This document shows, one piece after another, positions 56,552 through 64,000 of a stretch of 64,000 bases of DNA. The DNA lies in NCBI GenBank assembly GCA_028280285.1, contig JANQMA010000012.1:24817-88816 (forward strand), read 5' to 3'. Each line of letters begins with the position of its first letter. Position 1 is the stretch's first letter. The translations under genes were made by a program, and so were the position numbers. The stretch is from Candidatus Omnitrophota bacterium (GTDB taxonomy: Bacteria; Omnitrophota; Gorgyraeia; Zapsychrales; Zapsychraceae). The notes beneath the pieces are model-generated. The model was not told where the DNA came from, did not search any database, and was given only the letters and a program-made list of their open reading frames with translations.

Positions 56552-58138
56552 ATGAATATAAATAAAAGGTTTGTTCTTTTACTAATTATCCTCGTCGAGA
56601 TATTTATTCTTACCGTTTCTAATGTTCACGCCAATAACTTATTCTTATCAAATGTCAGCCTAGAATCAAGAGATCCAGCCAGTGATACCGTGGTTGTTGA
56701 GTTTGATTTATCCTGGAATAACGCATGGTATACAAAAATTAATCATGATGCTGTGTGGCTTACTTTTCGTTTAGACAATGGGGCAAGTCCAACCGATAAA
56801 CGTCTTTGTGCAATTACATTCAGTGGTGTTAATCCTGTTGGTTCATCGACCGGTACAAATACAGCGATCGAAGTGTATGTGCCCAATGATAAGCTTGGGG
56901 TCTTTGTCCGTTTGGCAGACTTTGGTAGCGAAGCACAGGTCAGTTCTCAAAATCTTCAAGTCACAGTTGATTATGCCAGCTGCGGTTTTACCGAAAACGA
57001 TCAAGTTGAAGCAACGGTTTTTGGTCTAGAAATGGTTTTTGTGCCACAAGGGGCCTTTTATGCGGGTGATTTTGACACAAGTGCTGCAGCCTTTAACCAA
57101 GGATCATCGGATACGGATGCTTGGTATATTTCCAACAGCGCAGCTATCAGCGTGGCCAACCCTTCATCCAACGGGTATCGTTATGTATCTAATAACAACA
57201 CGAACGAGGCGGCAACCGGCGCTTCATTTACCATCGATTCGGATTTTCCGAACGGCTACGATGCTTTTTATGCCATGAAGTACGAGATCACAGAAGGACA
57301 ATGGGTTGAGTTTGTTAATTCACTACCGACGGATGCTGCCAGATCAAACCGTGATTTGACCAACGGCAGCCATAAAAATTCGGATGCGGTTAAATCACGC
57401 AATACAGTCAGCTGTTCTGGAACACCCACAGTTTGTTCAACTTCTCGTCCTTACCGGGCAGCGACATATTTAACCTGGATGGATTTACTAGCATTTTTGG
57501 ATTGGGCGGCCTTAAGGCCAATGACGGAACTTGAATTTGAAAAAATGGCACGTGGTGCCGTTTTACCTGTTGCTGGTGAATTTGCCTGGGGTACGACGGA
57601 TATTACAGCTGCTGCGGCGATCAGTGTCGGCGATGAAGATGGCACCGAGACAATCACAACGGCCAGCGCCAATGCCAATTACAATAACACTGTTTTTACC
57701 GGAGGTGATGCGGACAACGGCGGCGAGCATACACAGGGAGCGCTTCGTTCCGGGATCTTTGCCGGTTCTGTGTCGAACAAAGTATCTGCCGGAGCAAGCT
57801 ATTACGGTGTTATGGAGCTTTCGGGTAATGTGATTGAACGTGCGGTGACCGTTGGCAATGCGAGTGGAAGAAGTTTTACAGGAACACACGGTGACGGTGT
57901 TTTAACGACAACATCATCGTTTGAAGGCAATGCCACCAATTCTGATTGGCCCGGCATTGATGCCACACCGGCCAATGGAGTGACCGGTGCTGATGGTTCC
58001 GGTTTTAGAGGCGGGGCTTTTAGTGAGGTATCAAGCAATCGACTAAGGGTTTCCGATCGCTATGATGCGGCAAATGCTTCGACAGTTGCGTTTAACGATG
58101 CAGGCGGCCGAGGCGTACGCACTTATGACGGAAACTAA
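56552..58138 (+). CDS. Secreted FGE (formylglycine-generating enzyme/SUMF1)-domain protein with a novel N-terminal domain, paralog 1
   Basis: Signal peptide and an ~150-aa N-terminal beta-rich domain. The FGE-domain hallmarks are LEMVFVPQGAFYAGD, RPYRAATYLTWMDLLAFLDWAALRPMTELEFEKMARG and GFRGGAF. The C-terminal Cys pair of catalytic FGEs is not evident. Confidence 0.55.
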   Translation: MNINKRFVLLLIILVEIFILTVSNVHANNLFLSNVSLESRDPASDTVVVEFDLSWNNAWYTKINHDAVWLTFRLDNGASPTDKRLCAITFSGVNPVGSSTGTNTAIEVYVPNDKLGVFVRLADFGSEAQVSSQNLQVTVDYASCGFTENDQVEATVFGLEMVFVPQGAFYAGDFDTSAAAFNQGSSDTDAWYISNSAAISVANPSSNGYRYVSNNNTNEAATGASFTIDSDFPNGYDAFYAMKYEITEGQWVEFVNSLPTDAARSNRDLTNGSHKNSDAVKSRNTVSCSGTPTVCSTSRPYRAATYLTWMDLLAFLDWAALRPMTELEFEKMARGAVLPVAGEFAWGTTDITAAAAISVGDEDGTETITTASANANYNNTVFTGGDADNGGEHTQGALRSGIFAGSVSNKVSAGASYYGVMELSGNVIERAVTVGNASGRSFTGTHGDGVLTTTSSFEGNATNSDWPGIDATPANGVTGADGSGFRGGAFSEVSSNRLRVSDRYDAANASTVAFNDAGGRGVRTYDGN

Positions 58139-58157
58139 TACAAAACAGTTGGGGGAG

Positions 58158-59813
58158 ATGAAAAAAGAATATAACATGCCAAGCAGGTCTCTTTTTATTT
58201 TAACAGCAGTGGTAGCGCTTTCCTTCTTTACTGCGCAATCTGTTTTTGCCAATAATCTTTCTATCGAAAGTTTTTCTGTTTATTCGACGAGCGAAGCAGC
58301 CAACACGATTACCTATGCGGCTGATATAACATGGGAAAACAGCTGGCGGACGACAACGAATTATGATGCTGTTTGGGTTTTCCTTAAATATTCAACCGAT
58401 GCAGGCATGACATGGAATCACGCCAGTATGGCCAATAATGGGGTGAATCCAAATGGATTCAGTGCGCCTACCGGGTTTGAGATTGTTGTTCCGGATGACG
58501 AAAAAGGATTCTTTTTACAGAGAACGGATTTAAGTTCGGGTAATGTTTCTGCCGAGGATGTAAAGTTTATTTGGGATTACGGGCAAGATGGATTGACAGA
58601 TGATCAAGCCATGGCAGCTAATACGATCAATAAAGTTTTTGGAATCGAAATGGTTTATATCCCTGAGGGACCTTTTTATGCCGGTGATGATAACAGCTCG
58701 TCGGAATACCGATTTAAACAAGGCTCCTCTGATAATGACCCTTGGTATATTCAGAGTGAAAATGCGATTACTACGACGAACTCTACCGCCGATGGGTTCT
58801 ATTATCAAAGTTCTTCCGCCTCTTCGGAAAGTGCCAGCGGGGCGGTATTTATTATTCAAACTTCTTTTCCAAAAGGCTACAACGACCATTATCAAATGAA
58901 GTATGAGTTGACCGAAGGGCAGTGGGTTGACTTTTTTAACACACTCTCGAATGCGCAAAAAACGAATAGAGATATTACAGCGTCGACGAATGGCGGTAAA
59001 AATTCAGATAGTGTCGTGACACGCAATACCATTGCCTGGGATTCATCCAGTCCGGCATCCGATGCCACAACCGACCGCGCTGATCGTCCGGTGACCTATG
59101 TGTCCTGGCCGGATGTGTTAGCGTACGCGGATTGGGCCGCCTTAAGACCGATTACCGAACTTGAGTATGAGAAAGCTGCACGTGGAATCGATATTACTCC
59201 TCTATCCGATGAACTCGCTTGGAGCAAGACAACATATAATCAAGCCGAAGCCAGTGAGATATTTCCTGATGCCGATGAAGACGGCGAAGAGCAAATTTTT
59301 GACGGAGCTGCCAATTTAAATCGTAATTCCCTTGGTTGGTCGTCCGGTGATGGACGCGCAGGCGGTAGTGCGGCCGGTCAGGCAGGTCCTTTACGTGCAG
59401 GTATTTTTGCAGAAAGTTCAACTAACCGCACGACGAGCGGATCAGGATATTATGGATCAAAAGAATTGTCCGGTAATTTATCTGAGATGGTGGTTACAGT
59501 CGGTAACGCGTCGGGACGTGGTTTTCTCGGAACACATGGAGACGGCAGCCTCTCGACCATCAGCAGTTATGAAGGTAATGCAACAAATTCTGATTGGCCG
59601 GGGATTAATGCCACAGATAGTGCACGTGGTGTGACAGGCACATCAGGTTCTGGATATCGTGGAGGAAATTTTAATTCGTCGAATGTCAGACATTTTCAAG
59701 TTTCAAACCGAACAAACGCAGCCAAAGACGCAGACGGAGCCAGCTATAGTCAGCGTTATGATGCTTCATTTGGTATGTTTGGTTCAGGCCGTTTAGGAAG
59801 GACGGCCCCGTAG
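58158..59813 (+). CDS. Secreted FGE-domain protein, paralog 2
   Basis: Same architecture (IEMVYIPEGPFYAGD; RPVTYVSWPDVLAYADWAALRPITELEYEKAARG; GYRGGNF). The mature protein is essentially Cys-free. The start is ATG 58158 or 58176. Confidence 0.55.
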   Translation: MKKEYNMPSRSLFILTAVVALSFFTAQSVFANNLSIESFSVYSTSEAANTITYAADITWENSWRTTTNYDAVWVFLKYSTDAGMTWNHASMANNGVNPNGFSAPTGFEIVVPDDEKGFFLQRTDLSSGNVSAEDVKFIWDYGQDGLTDDQAMAANTINKVFGIEMVYIPEGPFYAGDDNSSSEYRFKQGSSDNDPWYIQSENAITTTNSTADGFYYQSSSASSESASGAVFIIQTSFPKGYNDHYQMKYELTEGQWVDFFNTLSNAQKTNRDITASTNGGKNSDSVVTRNTIAWDSSSPASDATTDRADRPVTYVSWPDVLAYADWAALRPITELEYEKAARGIDITPLSDELAWSKTTYNQAEASEIFPDADEDGEEQIFDGAANLNRNSLGWSSGDGRAGGSAAGQAGPLRAGIFAESSTNRTTSGSGYYGSKELSGNLSEMVVTVGNASGRGFLGTHGDGSLSTISSYEGNATNSDWPGINATDSARGVTGTSGSGYRGGNFNSSNVRHFQVSNRTNAAKDADGASYSQRYDASFGMFGSGRLGRTAP

Positions 59814-59834
59814 TTTTGCTTTAAGTAATCCTAC

Positions 59835-62800
59835 ATGAGCAACCATAGAACAAAAGAAAATTTATTTCACGCGTGTTTGACGTGGTTTGTGATATTTACA
59901 TTCCTGCTCGCGCAAACGCCTTCGACTGTCTATGCACAGTTTACAGGAGGTAGTTTCGGCGGGGATGGCACGTCATCCCTCGGTGAAGGTATATATAAAG
60001 GTGGATCCGAAGAAGGCTCTTCAAGTAGTTCAACGTCAAGCACCGCTTCATTAGCTCATGGTGAGGCGACGCAACTTGTATTCACACAAAGTCCTTCCAC
60101 AAGCAAACACTTGCACAAATTCGAACGCCAACCGATCATAGAAGTTCGAGATGCAAATGGTAATGTGATTACAACAGATAATACTACTGCCGTTTCTTTG
60201 GATCTATTTAATAACCCTGGTGCCGCCAAACTTGGCGGCACCACGACGGTGACAGTATCCTCCGGGGTTGCTGTTTTCACCGATCTTTCCGTTAATAATC
60301 CTGCCGAAATGTACACGCTGATCGCATCCGCACCAGGACTGACATCCGCGTTTTCAGATCCGTTTGATATTTTAACCGGTACAGGTCCACGGGCCATGGC
60401 ACTCTGGGATGAAACAGGGGGCGGCGGCTTCACTATTTATGTATGGTTAGAGTCAGACAATGACCGTGAAGAATTATCTGATAATGGAGGTAGTCCTGAC
60501 GACGCAGCGACCATTACGATCCTTGATGCGCAAGGCAACACGGAGTTGTCACCAGCTTTAACACTTGATACCACCAATGATTGGTTTAAATCAGCGGACC
60601 GTGTTTGGACGTTGACCGAAGCGGATGAAAAAGATGATTACTTTGCCAAGGTTCAAATTACACAAGATCCGGGCGGAGCTAATACAACCACCGATGCTAT
60701 CGTTCCTCTTGAAGTCATCAAACCGATTTTAGCGGAAATAGCCGATGTTAATTGGGATCTGCTTGCCGCTATTAAAGCCAAGACCGATACAATTAATTGG
60801 GATGATATTACAGAAATTAAGGCCAAAACCGATACGATTAATTGGGATGATATTAGTGTCTTGAGAACAGATGTAACAACAATTAAAGGTTATCTTGATG
60901 ATGTGAATTGGTCTGATGTCGAGAGGATGAGCGAAGCCGGTATTAATTGGGAAAATATTATGGTCATGACCAGTTTTGAAATTAACTGGACTGATATTGA
61001 CCGATTAAGTAAGGAAGGTGTGAATTGGACGGAAATAGCTGATTTGGCTGCGCGCGATATTAATTGGGATGACATTGAAGTTTTCAGTCAGGCGGGGGTT
61101 AATTGGGACGATTTAGTTGCCTTGAGTGAAGCGGGGGTTAATTGGGATGATCTTGCTGTCATGACGGCACAAGGAGTGAATTGGGCAGATATTAAAGTGC
61201 TGCATGATAAAGGAATGAACTGGGATGCCCTTGTTTTTCTAGGTACGGCCGATGTGAATTGGGATGATATTTCAGCGATGAGTAATGCCGGCGTTATTTG
61301 GAGTGAATATATCAATTGGTCTGACCTTGCTGTCTTATCTAATGCCGGTGTTAACTGGGATGATCTTGATGAGATGAGTGACGCCGGTATCAATTGGGAT
61401 GATTTAACCGTGATGAGTGAAGCGGGGGTTAATTGGGATGATTTACAGGAGTTATCAACGGCAGGTATTAATTGGTCTGACCTGACGGTAATGACTGAAG
61501 CCGGCATTAATTGGGCCGATATTGAAGTTTTATCGACGCAAGGTGTTAACTGGACGGATATTGGTGTTATGACAGCCCAAGGTATTAATTGGGCCGATAT
61601 TGATGTGCTTTCAAAAGCGGGTGTTAATTGGTCAGGCATTCAAGACTTAAGTACCGCCGGAGTGAATTGGGATGGGATTCAACATTTAAGTGTATCTAGT
61701 ATTAACTGGGATGATATTGAACAGTTAAGTAAAAAAGGTGTCAACTGGGATGACTTACAACAAATGACCACCGCCGGTGTTAACTGGAATGACATTGAAC
61801 AGTTGAGTACGACAGGTATCAATTGGGATGGCATCCAGCATTTAAGCACCTCAGGTGTTAACTGGTCAGATATTGGTGTTATGACAAAGGCCGGGGTGAA
61901 TTGGGCTGATATTGATGTATTGAGTAGGACGGGAGTGAACTGGAATGATATTCAGGTTATGACGGTCGCGGGCATAAACTGGGATGATATCGGACAAATG
62001 ACAACAGCGGGTGTTAACTGGGATGATATTGAGCAATTAAGTAAGACGGGTGTGAACTGGGATGACTTACAACAAATGACCACCGCCGGTGTGAACTGGG
62101 ATGATATTGAACAGTTAAGTAAGGCCGGTGTGAACTGGGATGATATCCAAGTCATGTCGACAACAGGAGTCAATTGGAGCGGCATTCAGCACCTCAGTGT
62201 TTCCGGTGTTAACTGGTCGGATATCGGGGTCATGTCGGAGGCTGGTGTCAACTGGGATGGCATCCAGCATTTAAGTGTGTCTGGTGTGAATTGGTCAGAT
62301 ATCGGGGCGATGACAACAGCCGGCGTCAATTGGGATGACATTGAACAGTTAACAAAAAAAGGTGTGAACTGGGATGATATTCAGGTTATGACGGTCGCGG
62401 GCATAAACTGGGATGATATTGGACAAATGACAATCGCTGGTGTGAACTGGGATGATATTGAACAGTTGAGTAAAAAAGGTGTCAACTGGGATGGGATTCA
62501 AGATTTAAGTACTGCCGGCGTGAACTGGGATGACTTACAACAAATGACCACCGCCGGTGTGAACTGGACCGATATTGAAGTTTTATCAAAGACGGGTGTT
62601 AACTGGGATGATCTGCAAGTGATGACGGTCGCCGGCGTTAACTGGTCGGATATCGGGGTTATGTCAAAAGCCGGTGTTAACTGGGATGGCATCCAGCATT
62701 TAAGTACATCCGGTGTTAATTGGGATGATTTACAAGCGTTATCCACCGCCGGTGTGAACTGGGATGATATTGAACAGTTGAGTAAAAAAGGTGTCAACTG

Positions 62801-64000
62801 GGATGACTTACAACAAATGACCACCGCCGGTGTGAATTGGGATGATATCGGTGCTCTGACGACAGCTGGTGTAAACTGGGATGATATTAAGGCATTAAGT
62901 GAGACGGGTGTGAATTGGGATGACTTACAACAAATGACAACAGCGGGTGTGAATTGGTCGGATATCGGCGTCTTATCAACGACCGGTGTGAACTGGGATG
63001 ATATTAAGGTATTAAGTGAAACAGGCGTCAACTGGGATGGCATTCAGCACCTCAGTGTTTCCGGTGTCAACTGGTCGGATATCGGGGTGATGTCAACGGC
63101 CGGTGTTAACTGGAATGATTTACAACAAATGACCACCGCCGGTGTGAATTGGGATGATATCAAGGTATTAAGTGAAAACGGTGTTAATTGGGATGGTTTA
63201 CAAGACCTTAGTACCTCGGGTGTGAATTGGGCGGATCTTGGTGTAATTTCAGCAACGGGAGTGAATTGGGATGATATTAAGGTATTAAGTGAAACAGGTG
63301 TCAACTGGAATGGTATTCAACACCTCAGTGTTTCCGGCGTTAACTGGTCGGATGTCGGAGTGATGTCGACGGCCGGAGTGAACTGGGATGATATTGAACA
63401 GTTGAGTAAGACAGGCATTAACTGGGATGATATTGAACAGTTAAGTAAGACAGGCATTAACTGGGATGATCTGCAAGCTATGACAACAGCCGGTGTGAAC
63501 TGGGATGATATTGAGCAGTTAAGTAAGGCCGGTGTGAACTGGGATGATATTGAGCAATTAAGTAAGACGGGTGTGAACTGGGATGACTTACAACAAATGA
63601 CCACCGCCGGTGTGAATTGGTCGGATATTGGGGTGATGTCGGTGGCCGGTGTGAACTGGGATGATATTAAGGTCATGAGTGAAGGCGGAGTGAATTGGAG
63701 CGGCATTCAGCACCTCAGTGTTTCCGGTGTTAACTGGTCGGATATCGGGGTGATGTCGACGGCCGGAGTGAATTGGGATGATATTGAACAGTTAAGTAAA
63801 ACAGGTATTAACTGGGATGATATTGAACAATTAAGTAAGACGGGTATTAATTGGGATGATTTTCAGGTGATGACCACCGCTGGAGTGAATTGGACGGATA
63901 TTGGCGTCTTATCAAAAGCTGGTGTTAACTGGACAGATATTCAAGTCTTGTCGGAGGCAGGCGTTAACTGGTCGGATATTGATGTGATGTCAAAAGCCGG
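59835..64000 (+). CDS. Giant secreted tandem-repeat protein (>1388 aa, 3' end beyond the window): signal peptide, Ser/Gly-rich linker, Ig-like domain, then >80 copies of a 13-aa GVNW[DS]DIxxLS unit
   Basis: The frame is open from ATG 59835 to the window end. It is absent from the ORF track because no stop falls inside the window. The signal peptide is MSNHRTKENLFHACLTWFVIFTFLLAQTPSTVYAQ. The repeat consensus is x-x-G-V-N-W-[DS]-[DG]-I-x-x-[LM]-[ST]. Confidence 0.75.
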   Translation, partial: MSNHRTKENLFHACLTWFVIFTFLLAQTPSTVYAQFTGGSFGGDGTSSLGEGIYKGGSEEGSSSSSTSSTASLAHGEATQLVFTQSPSTSKHLHKFERQPIIEVRDANGNVITTDNTTAVSLDLFNNPGAAKLGGTTTVTVSSGVAVFTDLSVNNPAEMYTLIASAPGLTSAFSDPFDILTGTGPRAMALWDETGGGGFTIYVWLESDNDREELSDNGGSPDDAATITILDAQGNTELSPALTLDTTNDWFKSADRVWTLTEADEKDDYFAKVQITQDPGGANTTTDAIVPLEVIKPILAEIADVNWDLLAAIKAKTDTINWDDITEIKAKTDTINWDDISVLRTDVTTIKGYLDDVNWSDVERMSEAGINWENIMVMTSFEINWTDIDRLSKEGVNWTEIADLAARDINWDDIEVFSQAGVNWDDLVALSEAGVNWDDLAVMTAQGVNWADIKVLHDKGMNWDALVFLGTADVNWDDISAMSNAGVIWSEYINWSDLAVLSNAGVNWDDLDEMSDAGINWDDLTVMSEAGVNWDDLQELSTAGINWSDLTVMTEAGINWADIEVLSTQGVNWTDIGVMTAQGINWADIDVLSKAGVNWSGIQDLSTAGVNWDGIQHLSVSSINWDDIEQLSKKGVNWDDLQQMTTAGVNWNDIEQLSTTGINWDGIQHLSTSGVNWSDIGVMTKAGVNWADIDVLSRTGVNWNDIQVMTVAGINWDDIGQMTTAGVNWDDIEQLSKTGVNWDDLQQMTTAGVNWDDIEQLSKAGVNWDDIQVMSTTGVNWSGIQHLSVSGVNWSDIGVMSEAGVNWDGIQHLSVSGVNWSDIGAMTTAGVNWDDIEQLTKKGVNWDDIQVMTVAGINWDDIGQMTIAGVNWDDIEQLSKKGVNWDGIQDLSTAGVNWDDLQQMTTAGVNWTDIEVLSKTGVNWDDLQVMTVAGVNWSDIGVMSKAGVNWDGIQHLSTSGVNWDDLQALSTAGVNWDDIEQLSKKGVNWDDLQQMTTAGVNWDDIGALTTAGVNWDDIKALSETGVNWDDLQQMTTAGVNWSDIGVLSTTGVNWDDIKVLSETGVNWDGIQHLSVSGVNWSDIGVMSTAGVNWNDLQQMTTAGVNWDDIKVLSENGVNWDGLQDLSTSGVNWADLGVISATGVNWDDIKVLSETGVNWNGIQHLSVSGVNWSDVGVMSTAGVNWDDIEQLSKTGINWDDIEQLSKTGINWDDLQAMTTAGVNWDDIEQLSKAGVNWDDIEQLSKTGVNWDDLQQMTTAGVNWSDIGVMSVAGVNWDDIKVMSEGGVNWSGIQHLSVSGVNWSDIGVMSTAGVNWDDIEQLSKTGINWDDIEQLSKTGINWDDFQVMTTAGVNWTDIGVLSKAGVNWTDIQVLSEAGVNWSDIDVMSKA
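60740..64000 (+). repeat. Coding tandem repeat array with 39-nt period (about 83 units in the window)
   Basis: The GGTGTGAACTGGGATGATATTGAACAGTTAAGTAAG-type unit repeats head-to-tail. Higher-order 78/117-nt blocks recur almost identically. Confidence 0.85.

Noticed and set aside
60056-63706. Minus-strand ORFs from the track (60056-60433, 61088-61639, 61952-62185, 62498-63043, 63044-63304, 63317-63706) with SSQFTPAVVICCKSSQ-like repeats
   Set aside because: They are antisense shadows of the + strand 39-nt repeat array. The + frame is open for more than 4.1 kb with a signal peptide and a coherent repeat consensus, whereas the minus frames are fragmented by stops.
60740-64000. Possible CRISPR array, given the regular ~39-nt periodicity
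   Set aside because: Units are contiguous with no unique spacers, they sit in a continuous open reading frame with amino-acid-level conservation, and no cas genes are present.
1-64000. Mobile element, integron or prophage content
   Set aside because: No integrase, transposase, recombinase, phage structural genes or flanking direct repeats were recognised. The dispersed repeats are short intergenic palindromes, not IS elements.

Overview
This is a low-GC (roughly 40%) bacterial chromosomal segment, with almost all genes on the + strand. It opens inside a giant ORF (>2182 aa, 5' end outside the window) that embeds a histidine-kinase-type ATPase (HATPase_c/GHKL) domain. It closes inside a second giant ORF (>1388 aa, 3' end outside the window) built from more than 80 tandem copies of a 13-aa 'GVNW[DS]DIxxLS' unit. 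Between them is a largely housekeeping backbone: a GAF-containing ptsP-like enzyme I, ychF, dinB, ppiC, msrB, xseAB, an isocitrate/isopropylmalate-dehydrogenase-family gene, tRNA-Arg(TCG) and a complete glycine-cleavage operon (gcvT-gcvH-gcvPA-gcvPB) followed by a lipoate ligase gene. Accessory content includes two tandem TMTC-like (multi-TM + TPR) paralogs and a Pif1-like helicase. There is a ydbH-ynbE-ydbL-like trio. A NodU-type carbamoyltransferase is followed by SxtJ-like and DUF5989 genes, the last being a 49-aa ORF missing from the ORF track. A glycan module (GT2, DUF2304, methyltransferase, GT2) precedes a secretin gene with a TPR partner. Two formylglycine-generating-enzyme (FGE)-domain paralogs sit directly upstream of the giant repeat protein. 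The most unusual non-coding observations are long imperfect inverted repeats of unique sequence in many intergenic spacers, a 5-copy AT-rich intergenic repeat family, and a 2-copy conserved palindromic element placed just upstream of the ptsP and gcvPB start codons. Resemblance to giant-gene-rich uncultivated lineages such as Omnitrophota-like genomes is speculation only. No CRISPR array, rRNA or obvious mobile element was found.
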